From: Chrysomallon squamiferum
Lineage: Eukaryota; Animalia; Mollusca
Direction: 5' to 3'
Assembly: GCA_012295275.1 (NCBI GenBank)
Contig: CM022675.1
Location: 2,666,001-2,730,000 of the forward strand
Length of the DNA stretch: 64,000 bases
The notes under the pieces: model-generated
Database searches by the model: none
What the model saw: the letters and a program-made list of their open reading frames with translations, nothing else
What the model was told of the DNA's origin: nothing
Shown here: positions 13,713-45,731 of the stretch, one piece after another
How positions within the stretch are numbered: the stretch's first letter is position 1
How the letters are laid out: each line of letters opens with the position of its first letter
Program-made: the position numbers and the translations under genes

Positions 13713-16700
13713 TAACAATATACAATAAATAAAAAATATAAAAAAAATGAATGAATAAAAAAAACAGAAATATTAAAAGAAAAATAAACAATATAACATG
13801 TCACTTATTTTTTATTTTTTTGTTTTTTTTTATCTACAGTTGTAATAAAATTAAATTTTGCTCCAGTAGTATAACCTTTCTACTGCTTTAGTCACATTTT
13901 CTAACTTCCAGTTGTCACATAACAACCATATATAAATACAAATCACAGTTTAACACTTTAAATTCTGATTTATTACCATAAAATGTTCAATGTTTTCCTT
14001 AATTATATTTACAAACAATCACAATAATTTATTAAACTGTTGAAGTCAGTCATAGCCTGTTCAGACTAGATCATGATTTATCTGAAAGTGATAAGATAAC
14101 TACTGAAATTTAATAGTTTAACATTATGCAGACAGTACAATGAAACATAAAATGAAAAAGAAAACCAAGAAAAAAACCTTTTTATTTAAAAATTATTGAA
14201 TAAAATCTTGTGTGAAATGTAGCTACTACTTTAAACTAGACTAATCAAAATCACACACACACACACACACATGCAATCACACACACAAATACACATATTA
14301 ACACAAAAATTACTGAATATAATTCAAAATATGAAATATAGCTATTATTAAACTAGATCAGTGAAAATCATACACATACACTGAAATGAAAACATAAATA
14401 AAGAAATAAAAATAAAAATATCTTCTCTTTCATAGTATATAAGCAAACTAACTTAACTAACTAAATAAGCAAATAAATAAATAAATAAATAAATAACATT
14501 TAAATCTGCATTTTGCAAGAGGTTTAATTAATTACTAATTATTTTATCACCAGGCTTCAAAGTATTTCTGTGTTGCACTCACCTCTCTCTGACAAATTAT
14601 TCTTCTAGGTTTGGGTGCTTCCTGTTGCAAAGTGTATACTGTGTAATATAAAAATATCACATTGTAGTATGTATATATTGTGTTTACAATAATTACTTAC
14701 AGTATGTGTGTACAGTGTAATATAAAAATATCACACTGTAGTGTGTATATATTGTTTACAATAACTTACAGTATGTGTGTACTGTGTAATATAAAAATAT
14801 CACACTGTAGTGTGTATATATTGTTTATAATAACTTACAGTATGTGTGTACTGTGTAATATAAAAATATCATAGTATAGTGTGTATATATTGTTTACAAT
14901 AATTACAGTATGTGTGTAGTGTAATATAAAAATATCACACTGTAGTGTGTATATATTGTTTATAATAACTTACAGTATGTGTGTACTGTGTAATATAAAA
15001 ATTTCACATAGTATGTATATATGTGTTTATCATTCTAATAATAACTTACAGTATGTGTGTACTGTGTAATATAAAAATATCACACTGTAGTGTGTATATA
15101 TTGTTTATCATTCTAATAATAACTTACAGTATGTGTGTACTGTGTAATATAAAAATATCAGACTGTAGTGTGTATATATTGTTTATAATAACTTACAGTA
15201 TATGTGTACTGTGTAATATAAAAATATCACATTGTAGTGTATATATATTGTTTATAATAACTTACAGTATGTGTGTACTGTGTAATATAAAAATATCACA
15301 CTGTAGTGTGTATATATTGTTTATAAAAACTTACAGTATGTGTGTACTGTGTAATATAAAAATATCACACTGTAGTGTGTATATATTGTTTATCATTCTA
15401 ATATAAAAATATCACAGTGTGTGTGTAGTATAATTGTTTATAAAAATATCACATGTGTGTACTGTGTAAAAATATATATGTTGTGTATATTGTTTATAAT
15501 AACTTACAGCATATGTGTACTGTGTAATATAAAAATATCAGACTGTAGTGTGTATATATTGTTTATAAAAACTTACAGCATATGTGTACTGTGTAATATA
15601 AAACTATCAGACTGTAGTGTGTATATATTGTTTATAAAAACTTACAGCATATGTGTACTGTGTAATATAAAACTATCAGACTGTAGTGTGTATATATTGT
15701 TTATAATAACTTACAGTATGTGTGTACTGTGTAATATAAAAATATCACATTGTAGTGCATATATATGGTTTATAATAACTTACAGTATGTGTGTACTGTG
15801 TAATAAAAAAATATCACACTGTAGTGTGTATATATTGTTTATCATTCTAATAATAACTTACAGTATGTGTGTAGTGTAATATAAAACTATCACACTAGTA
15901 TGTGTGTATATATTGTTTATAATAACTTACAGTATGTGCAGTGTAATATAAAACTATCAGACTGTAGTGTGTGTATATTGTGTTTATAATAACTTACAGT
16001 ATGTGCAGTGTAATATAAAACTATCACACTAGTATGTGTGTATATATTGTGTTTATAATAATAACTTACAGTATGTGCAGTGTAATATAAAACTATCACA
16101 CTAGTATGTGTGTATACATTGTGTTTATAATAATAACTAACAGTATGTGCAGTGTAATATAAAACTATCACACTGTAGTATGTGTGTATATATTGTGTTT
16201 ATCACTCTAATAATAACTTACAGTATGTCTTCCATGTTGGCAGTGGCTGACTCTCCTCCCCATCTGCAAGAACAGTAACATAGTCATAATTACGTTGATG
16301 TCTGCATTGGTTACGATGATGTGAGTGTTTTGATCTGAAACTTACGTCTGTAACCTCCATTATACAACTCACTGCTCAATGTATATTACAATGTTCATAA
16401 AACTCACTGCTCAATGTATATTACAATGTTCATAAAACTCGCTGCTCAATGTATATTACAATGTTCATAAAACTCACTACTCACTGTATGTTACAATGTT
16501 CATAACACTCACTGTTCATTTTATATTGTGTCTTTGTCAAAATAAATTTAAAAAAAAAATTATTTAATCTTTGATGCACTGTAACCTGCAAACTGTTTAT
16601 CCTGACAAAGTACATAATATTTCAGTGTTTACAGAAAAATGGTGATGTTTTATTAATTCTGTATAAAAATAAAGTCAAGCAATCATCTCAGATAAAATTG

Positions 16701-18959
16701 AACATATTATTTTTCCTTTTTTTTCCTTTTTTTGTTTTGTTTTTAAATACAGAAATAAATATATATAGTAAAAGAATTTCAAACAGTGGTGCACACAAAG
16801 CTTTCACAAAAATGTTTCCTGTTTACAGCTGAGATTTCAGTTTCCTGCAATGAAAGTTGAAACATTTGTCATTATTGTAATCCTCTTTTAATACTGACAC
16901 AATAATTAACATCTTTCTTTGATCAGTAATTTTTTTCTCTCTTTTTTTTTTTTTTGTTGTTCCTTTGTTTCCTACAGGAAATGTAAATGGGTCAGTTCAA
17001 CTGTTATTATAAAAAGTAAGAATCTGCAACATCCTTGTTTATCAGAAAACACTGTAAGTCAACTCTCCTTTAGTAGACTCCAGAGTAATCTACACATTAA
17101 TCTACAAATTTAATCTTCAGTGAATTAACACTTCACACATTAAACTACAAATTGTCCATCAAGGAAAAAATTAATAAAATAAAATAAAATAAAATAAAAT
17201 AAAAAATAAAATAAAATAAAATAAAATAAAATTAGCAGAAAGTGTTTAGACAATTGGTAAATAAAAGTAAATAACAAATTTGTTTTTCTAATAAAGTAGA
17301 TTCTCTGAATCCTTTTTTCCTTTATCTTCCTTTGAACAGTGAGACTTATGTGAATAAATGATGAACACAGCCAATTAATCTGAGGTAGTCAGGAATTTGT
17401 CCTTGACCTTGCACAGTCCTTTTAATTTATTTGTTCAAACGAACAAAACAAAATGTTATCAGAAAATTAGTTATAAACTGTCTGAGAAGAGAAGAGTACA
17501 GTTTGACACTTCCTAGTCACTAACTTACATTGAAATTACTTCCTGGTATCTGACCTGCTGGTCACATGACCCCCATCATTATATACAGAGATTTACTTAT
17601 CCACTGAGAAAACATCACGACACTGGTAGATCAGTTTACACTGTAACAAGTGAGTCGTGAGCACCTACACGATAAAAACTAGAAATAACAACAGTAACTA
17701 GTTCAAAACTCCATACAAGTTTATATCTCTGTCATGTTTTGGGAGACGTTTTGTTTGTTATTTTTTTGCTTGTGTGTTTTTTGTTGATTTTTTTCCAGAA
17801 TTTAATGTGATAACTACAACTAGACAAAATAAAATATTTAACTAACATGATTATAAATCAACGAGCAAAATACATATTTATAAACAGTAATATTGTGATT
17901 GGTAAATATAAATAAATAATAAAATTTTATAATAATTACAGTAAAAATAACTTATCTTGATTATTATTATTTTTATTATAAAAAATAAAATAAAAAATAA
18001 CAGTTGAAAATTATCTCATTCAAGCAGAATAACAAACTGGAGTTTGTTTTTTGTTTATGTGAAACTGATCCTCAGCTACTAGCTCCGTCACTGTATTATA
18101 CACATTTTAAAACTGCCACCACTGATTATAAAACATTTATCACTCTATGCAGGTATTTGTTTTACAATGTAGTTATTAACAATCTCCTTTCAGTGATAAT
18201 TTTATTATGCATGTGTAATCATGTTTTCCTGGTTATGACACCAGTCTAAATACATTATATAACAGGAAATAATTTAATGCAAATACATTAATTTTCTCTT
18301 TTTTTAAATTTCAATTTTTATGTTATTTTTTATTTTTTATTTTTTTTTTTAGTAAGGATTAATGCAAAAGCTATATTTACTGTTAATATTAATAAAAAAT
18401 AAAATTGTATTTTTAATCTTAATGTTTTCGCATGACAATATGATTCAATATGGGATAATACATTGGTTCACACCACTCTACTCTGTTTTTATTATCACTT
18501 AACTATTTTTGAGATCTGAATACATCTGCACCACTATAAAAAGTCTATAGTATCCTACGATGAACACAGTTTAGATATTATGACATCACACACAAAACAT
18601 AAATGAATATATATATTACCTCCACACAAAGATATATGTTTCAACACAGCAAGAAATAACTAAACGACTAAAGATTATAATTACACAATTTACAGTATAT
18701 TCTTTTTTTACTGAAATCTGGATGAAAATGCAGACATGAGAATAAGGATGTAAACTCTGTACATATCCATTACCGTAACTCTTTATCTGCAGGACCATGT
18801 ACTTTAAATAATAATAATAAGATTAAGAAGAAGAAGAATACAAAGAAGAAGAAGAACTATTCAACTAACAAACGAAATTATAAATAAATAGTGTTCATCC
18901 GCAATATTTTGTGTCGCTTATAGAAATGTTTGTAATAAAAATTTAAACAAATAACTGCA

Positions 18960-19003
<44 letters not shown>

Positions 19004-19167
19004 ATTTTTTAAAAAATATTTTGTTCATTATCATGACATAATGATAATCTAGATTGTAATATCTAGTCTTAGAAATGAAATGCCGACCTATCTACTACTA
19101 TAAATAAATGTAATAAACCTAAAAATAAAATCTTACAGTGCATCTTGGTCGCCCTCTCTTTTACCAT
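5190..19167 (-). CDS. CHN1: Chimaerin (SH2 + C1 + RhoGAP; N-/beta-chimaerin-like), 13 coding exons
   Basis: Hand-assembled GT-AG exons with consistent phases: 19167-19137, 16263-16222, 14638-14583, 13652-13621, 13121-13008, 12472-12175, 10110-10024, 9501-9417, 8761-8588, 8188-8111, 7841-7704, 7327-7219, 5367-5190. The translation includes [22 protein letters not shown]2 [14 protein letters not shown]...YLVRKS, C1 [50 protein letters not shown], and Rho[40 protein letters not shown]. It is probably co-orthologous to CHN1 and CHN2. The first exon is the least certain. Confidence 0.93.
5364..5770. repeat. ~29-bp tandem repeat spanning the acceptor of the last chimaerin exon
   Basis: Unit aactctgaaacacaacatttcaacattct reads tgttgtgtttcag|AGTT on the minus strand. 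Copies degrade with distance from the exon. Confidence 0.9.
5860..7263. repeat. 51-bp minisatellite, about 27 copies: end of chimaerin exon 12 plus its splice donor
   Basis: Minus-strand unit gctcattaccagacactgaaatatcttctgtctcacttagtcag|gtgagtactgtga is identical to the real exon end ([15 protein letters not shown]) plus the donor. Confidence 0.97.
8400..9270. repeat. Degenerate (ACT/TAG)n low-complexity tracts flanking chimaerin exon 9
   Basis: actactact runs at 8420-8500 and 8840-9150, and agtagt at 9225-9255. Confidence 0.8.
10114..11130. repeat. 33-34-bp minisatellite, about 30 copies, abutting the chimaerin exon 7 acceptor
   Basis: Unit cagtgaaaacaatacagtgtctagtgtg(a/g)accaa. On the minus strand the last copy runs straight into cag|GAG at 10113-10110. 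Confidence 0.95.
11232..11496. repeat. (AAAAT)n low-complexity tract
   Basis: Imperfect aaaat/aaat runs. Confidence 0.85.
12630..12815. repeat. ~41-bp tandem repeat, about 4 copies
   Basis: Unit tcaagttctgactaaagtaatcaggtttagactaaaatag. Confidence 0.8.
14631..16228. repeat. ~69-bp minisatellite, about 22 copies, filling chimaerin intron 2; the unit is a mini-intron plus a 12-nt exon-derived spacer
   Basis: Minus-strand unit: gtaagttattataaacaatatatacacactacagtgtgatatttttatattacacag|TACACACATACT. The terminal copies provide the real donor (16221) and acceptor (14639). Confidence 0.95.
16366..16516. repeat. 35-bp tandem repeat, about 4 copies
   Basis: Unit aactcactgctcaatgtatattacaatgttcataa at 16366, 16401, 16436 and 16471. 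Confidence 0.9.
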
Positions 19168-19736
19168 TCACCGGATTAATCAGAGGCACAATTTAAACAA
19201 TCAAATGTTCATGTGCCAAACAAAATCAATACAATATCGTCCATTTTGAATTAACTGGTGTTAATCATTAGACGTAATGATGTATGAGGTACTAGTTTCA
19301 CTTTCGGCGCTGCTGAACCGTGCTCATTGTACGATAACTTTCACTGACCTTTTTTTATTTATTTATTTTTTATTATTATTATTTCAATCCTTTTTCTCAT
19401 TTTACACAAAATGAATTGAAATGACCTATTAGTATTATTTAAAAAAAAAAAAAAAAATTCATTTCGATGAATTATTTATAATCAGATTTTTAAAAATATT
19501 CCAGTGGCAATAAAAATATAAATATAAAAATTTAAACTATAAATATAAATGTCGGTGTCAGTCGTTCATTTATTTTAATATTTATTTATAACAAGTTTTT
19601 AATTTTTCTTCCTTTCTTTGTTTATTATTATTTAACAGTATATTTATTTATGTTGTAATGAAAACAAATATTTAGCAAAGATTACATATTATTTCCTAAG
19701 AACCCCACCACAATTAAGTAATAAATAAAATTTCAG

Positions 19737-19770
<34 letters not shown>

Positions 19771-20227
19771 TTACAAGATTTTTTTTTAAGTTATCAAATT
19801 AGAAAAAGAAATGTAAAGAATATTTTCTTTCCGTTTTCTTTCCTTACTCTTTTAGTGCCGTATTTTTATTTATTTATTTACTTTTGTATTTATTCAATTT
19901 TATATTTATTTATTTCTCGCCCCGGCCTTTTAAAGTAGATTTAAGTAACCGTATTTTAGATGCACTTTCTCTCTTAGTTTCTTCCGGCTTCGTTTTTTGT
20001 AACAAAATTATTTATTGGTTAGCATGTAATTAAATAACCAATCACTTTTCGTGTAATAATTACAAGCATTCATCTTTTACTTCCGGACAAGGGCGAAGGA
20101 AAGGCATGCTTTAAAATCACGTTTTCGCTTTGCTTTTGAGATTGGTTTTGTTTTAGGAATAATATTTGTTTCACAAAGAGTGTTGTTTTAAGAAATTATT
20201 GAAGTGAGGCACTGAGCAACCAATTCA
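19168..20227. promoter_or_regulatory. Divergent promoter region between chimaerin and YME1L1
   Basis: The start codons are about 1.06 kb apart, head to head. The region is locally CpG-enriched, with ETS-like CTTCCGG (19981 and ~20080), CCAAT boxes (~20014, ~20038) and a YY1-like CCATTTTG (~19241). Motif function is inferred. Confidence 0.6.
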
Positions 20228-39885
<19,658 letters not shown>

Positions 39886-41147
39886 CTAGGAAAGAAATTA
39901 GGTTCACAGTGTGTTCCAACAACCTTGTCTCCTGATAAAATAACAACTTAAAACATGGAGATGTTTTACTGTGTCTTACTTACATTTAAAAAAAAAAAAA
40001 AAAAAAAAATACTGCTAAACATAACATAAAAATCTGAGAGATTTTACTGTGTTTTATATATATATTAAAAGAAAAGACAAATAAGTAGATTTTACAAAAT
40101 AACAGAATTAAAGATTGAGAATTATTGTCTTATGTACATTAAAAAAATTATACAGTTTGCAAATGTAGCCACTTATAAAATATTAACATAAAACACTGAG
40201 AAATAGAATGAGTTTTCTTTGTGTTATGTTTATGTTACAAAAATATATTGTTTATAAACTATCAACATAAAGCATGGAAATTTTATTGTTGTGTAATAGT
40301 AACAGTAAAAAATACATTAAACCATATCAATATTAATTAAAAAAAAATGTATTATTATTATTATTATTATGAAGAACAGTTTCCAAACTACCCATTTACT
40401 GTAAAATATTAATTTTAAAACTGTGCAATGCCATCAGAAATATTTTCTCTGTTTTAAAAGATGTATTGAGAAATAAATTTGTCCACTTAAAAATATGAAA
40501 ACTGAAATTTATCCTGTAGCAGTGTTCAGTTTGATGCCTAACATTTTCACAGACCTGTAATTATTTTTTAAACCGTTCTTAATTTTACAATAATTACTTG
40601 TGAAAAAATATAATATCTATTACACAGGTAAATGTGAATAAGTTTCAGATTTTCTTCTCTACAGAACAAATGTGGTAGCTAAAATATTTTAGTTTATTTA
40701 AAAAAGTAAAAAAAATAAAGTATCAATATGTAGGTAACATAAAACAATGAGTCAGAAGTGTTGATGCTTGTTGTTACTTGTTGTTACTTGTTATTTTCTA
40801 ATCATCATCATTATACTCGCTTTATTTGTAATAACATCCCAACCACATAAAACAATGTGATATATCTTAAAACAACATTAAATGATGAAAATGTAAACTG
40901 TTCTGCTACATTCATTATGCAATATGACATTTACTTTAAAACAAGAATTCTCTTTCTAATCTTACTGGCTCTCCTGTTTCGATTTTAATAATTTTATGAT
41001 CTGATTTGTGTATGTGTGAAAAGATTTAAGGAAAAATGTAAAGCAAAAAACAGGATTTGTAGAAAGTTGTGTGTATATACTGATGTCCTTTTTAAGCCAC
41101 CTTTTATGGCAACAAGATGTTGCAAAAGACTTTTGTTTGTTCAGCTA

Positions 41148-41184
<37 letters not shown>

Positions 41185-41551
41185 TTATTTATTTAATATT
41201 TTATTATTATATTTTTTCTCTTGGTAAAAGCTATGATTTATTTTATAGACATTCTGCTGTGAATTCTGTTAACTGATTTTTAAATGTATATACTTGTTGA
41301 GGAAAACAAAAACAAAAATGTTTACATGTAACATGTATTTGTTTAACCAATTTCAAAATGTAATAAACTAATGTATTTGTATGTTCTATTTATTTTATTT
41401 GTGTTTCTTTTTCAGTATAGATTTGTATTATTTAAATTTGTATACAGAAATTGAACTTTGAATGCAGTTCAAAAACAGGTTGTAAAAACTATTCTTTTTG
41501 TTTTATTATTATTTTTTTTAATCATTTTTATTTATTTATTATTATTTGCAT

Positions 41552-41586
<35 letters not shown>

Positions 41587-41587
41587 G

Positions 41588-41633
<46 letters not shown>

Positions 41634-43364
41634 CTTGTTTGTCATCATAGTCCTTTCAGAAAACTGTACAAAGATATGTCTTGTGTGTCTGATAAAACTG
41701 TATGATCAGAAACAATGTCTGTTTACTTGTTTTATTTTGTACATTTTTAAAAATACTTCAATAACTTTGAAAATCAGCTTTGTCCATTCTGGGTTTCAAA
41801 AAGTCTCTAATTTTATCATGAAAATCAAATATTTTGTAGTGAAGAAATTAATAAAGTATGAAAAAAATCCCATCAAATTATCCATTCAGTAAAAGTAAAA
41901 TGTTTTGGAAGATGACATGTTGTAAGTAATTAGCAGAAAAGAGTTTATTACAGAATGTGAAAAAAATTCTTTAATGTTTGAAAATGTGCAGAAATATTTA
42001 TCTTATTACCTAGTTTGTATGATCATTCAATGGTGATCTGAATATATTTGATGTTGACATTTGAATGTGTATTATGTTTGATGGTCAAATGTTAAGCTGT
42101 ACTTTTTTTTATTTATTTTTATTTTTTGTCTTTATTATTATTGTAATAAATAGTTAACATTTTATCTTCAGTTTGATTGTTTTATAAAGTAATTTTCTGA
42201 TTTTTACTTCAGTTTGTTGTAAATTCTTTTAAAGTACTGAAGTTTAGTATCTCTGCAGTGAATTATACATCAGGTGAACCTTTTCTGTCTGTTGTGTTTT
42301 TGAAAATATTGTTTTGAGTTTCACCACTCAGTCTTACTGCAGCCATGTCTCTCTAGTTGTTAGCTTTTAGCATTTAAATTTGAAGACTACATAATACATA
42401 GTGTACGTTTTAATTAAAAAAAAATTAAAATAAAATCTAATATTTGACAAAACAGAAAAATAACGCACATTTTAATTTGTACATAGAAAATTGTCAAAGG
42501 AATTTCTACTGTGTAGCTATATAAATTGTAATTAAGAAAGAATATGTAATTAACAAGGTAAAATGTATTTGTAGTTTTGTAAATTAACAAAGATGGTTGT
42601 TAAAGTTTATGTAAAATGTTACAGATGTGTGTTCATGTCAGGTTGCGGTTATTGGGACATCTTTTGAAAAATATTTTATTTTATTATTATTATTATTTTA
42701 TTATTTTTTTATTTTTTTAACTTTTATTCATGCTATAAAACAAAACAAAAAAAATAATTTTGTTTTGATTTATTTAGTTTTTTCTGTATTTTTTTTTTTT
42801 TTTTCCATCAAGAAACAAAGTACGTGAATAAAAATGTTTTAAACATTTACATTGCTGTTATATTGTTGATGTTACCACAACTACCATCACTACTGCTACT
42901 ACTACTGCTTTCACTGCTACTATTATTATCATTATTGATTTAATTTATTAGGATTTTCAGACAGTGAGAAACATGACATAATCGTTTGACAGGTTAAGAA
43001 GCTGAGTCACACTAGTAACACTAACTGAGGGTATCAGTGTGACAATGTGTCACGTGTCAGGTGGATAACTGATAATGTCACAGACACGTGATTTTCTTCA
43101 GACTAAAGCAGTTGTATCAGTAACAGGATAAACTAGATCCTAGAATTCATTATCATTCACAGTCCTGTGCTTCAACATTTACAGCATGATTCAAAGTATT
43201 TATAATCATGAATAGAGATTTTTTTTATTTTTTTTCACAACATACTCGATTATACACCGTCTCTCATTATTCATAGCAAAAACATCATTCACAAAATCAT
43301 TTCTGGAAAATTCAGAACTTAGTGATTCATAATGTGTAAAATTATTGACAACACAGAAAATTAT

Positions 43365-44095
43365 TGAGTACACTGGATCATTCACAGTACAGAGAAGTAC
43401 TCAGTACACTGGATCATTCACAGTACAGATAATTACTCAGTACACTGGATCATAAATTAATACACATACTGCAGTGAAAGATTGTTTTTGAATATTTGTT
43501 TATTTTGCTAACTTTTGAAAGCTTTTTAAAAACCAAGTATTTTTGTTTTACTATTTTAATAATCCCATGCAAAAATTAATATCAAGAGAAAACAGAAAAG
43601 CAAATGGCAGAGACTGCCGTGAGTCATACTTTGTTATTAGTAAAGAATAGTGACAAAAAAAAAAAAACACTTGCAAGTATATGAAATATTTTATATTCAG
43701 GCAATTTGTAGACATCACCACATTATGATAAATAAAAACAAAACAATTTGTACTGACTGCATTTATCAACAAGCAATCAATGATTTTCATAATTATCTTT
43801 CTTACTCTGTCCAGTGTTTATGAAATGATTTCACGTCTTTCTCAAATGAAACTTTTATTCGAATCCACTGATAAAAATCTGTAAAAAGCAGGAAAAAGTA
43901 CATTTGAGACATCAGTCTTATTAACAGTTGGTTCTAAGCCTTTGCCTTCCACAGCTTTAATTAGCCATCCTGAGAATTATGTCCCTTGAATTAGTGATCC
44001 TCAGAATTATGTCCCTTGAATTAGTGATCCTCAGAATTATGTCCCTTGAATTAGTGATCCTCAGAATTATGTTCCTTGAATCTGTCATTCTCAGA
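43365..44095. repeat. Two short tandem repeats (38 bp x ~2.5 at 43365-43453; 30 bp x ~4 at 43960-44095) between the convergent YME1L1 and FBXL 3' ends
   Basis: Units gtacactggatcattcacagtacagagaagtactca and gaattagtgatcctcagaattatgtccctt. Confidence 0.85.
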
Positions 44096-44535
44096 TGACT
44101 AGTAGCCACTGAAAGTTTTATTGTCAGAATTGTATTCTTTAAATAAATGAAGGTTTCAGTTTTACATTCTGTTTCTTCATTTCTTGTAAACTGGAATTTT
44201 CATACACAGATCTTGATACATTTTGACAAAGAAGAAAACTTTAATTTTAACTAAATTAGTTTTCTGAAAATATTTAATGTTCTTGTTTGTCTTTATTACA
44301 CTGACAATAACTATAAACTGTGGACACAATGTATTATATCAATTTACAACAGTATTTTTTTTCTAACCATAAGCAATAACTATACTTAAAAAACTGTATA
44401 ATTATCAGTAATAATTTGAAATAAGTAATTCAAAATGTTCATCAACATAATTTTACTGAACTGATGTAACCAGTACAAAGCAGATTGCCATTTCCTCAGA
44501 AAATCTATTGTAAAACTGTGTGTGTGCTTATGTGC

Positions 44536-44537
<2 letters not shown>

Positions 44538-44622
<85 letters not shown>
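44538..44622. repeat. Compound (AG)n(GT)n microsatellite
   Basis: Directly visible. Confidence 0.95.
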
Positions 44623-45731
44623 CATTTTAAAATAGGTTATCTGTAGAGTTCCTGTCAGTTCTGAACTGGTTGCACTCTTAGAATTATTTGATAAACATTT
44701 TTTTCAATATATACACGTGTGTGTTTGTGTTAAAAATAAAAACTTTGTTAGCAGGAACATTCACTTTTCAGTAACTTGCTACAACTGTTTCATGAACTCA
44801 AAACACTTGTTTCAGTGGACAGTCACTATCAACCTACAACAAAGACAGTGAAAAATAAGCTGTAATACCTAACTGTACAAAACATATCACATATATGAGT
44901 CAGCCACAGTGTAACCATGGTGACGAAAAGAACACTGATGAAACCTTGTTCCACAGACGTATATGGATGGCAGTCTGGTAAACTCAGTTACACTTGTTTT
45001 TTTTGGTTTTGTTTTCTCTCCAACGATTACTTTATACATCACAGCACATTGATTAACATCCTCCCTGTCTGGTCAAACCACACCACTTTCTCCTCTCTCA
45101 CACCATACAGTGTCTTAGTTCAAAGTAAAACTGTCTTCTATCTTTTAAAAAAATCTATTATTATTAACATTATTATTATTTTAAAAATAACCTACATCTT
45201 TATGGACATCTAGCTTTGATACTCATTTAAAAAAAAAAAAATGTATTACCATTATATGAAAAAGCCAAATTAATTTGCTCATTTCTTCGTTAGTTTGAAC
45301 ACTAAAGCCGTACACAAGTTTTGAGATTATTTAAATTCTTAAAATTAAAAATACTCTTTAATTAATTATAATATAAAAATATAAAAAAGTGGAAGTTAGA
45401 GTAACTACATTAATTTCATTCCATCCGGAAAATCAATTCGAATTTTTTTTTTTTTTTAAATAATTATTATTTAAATGTGTAAAAAAAATGCTTTTAGACG
45501 TTACTATGGTACCAGAGTGTTCCTGCAGACAACACGAGAATACATTAAAACCAAGAACCTCTCCAGTCTTCAGCCATGTTGTTCAAGCTAAAACTAGGGA
45601 GAGGAGGAAAGCAGTGACGATCCACCAGACACAAGAAAACAAACGTTTGTACGTATCTGCCTCTTGTTGTTTCCACTGACATCATGAAAGAAAACTGTGA
45701 CAGACAGACAGACAGACAGACAGGCTGTTCG

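Noticed and set aside
14680-16171. Cys-rich repeat ORFs ([17 protein letters not shown])
   Set aside because: They are translations of the 69-bp intronic repeat. The CxxC pattern is incidental.
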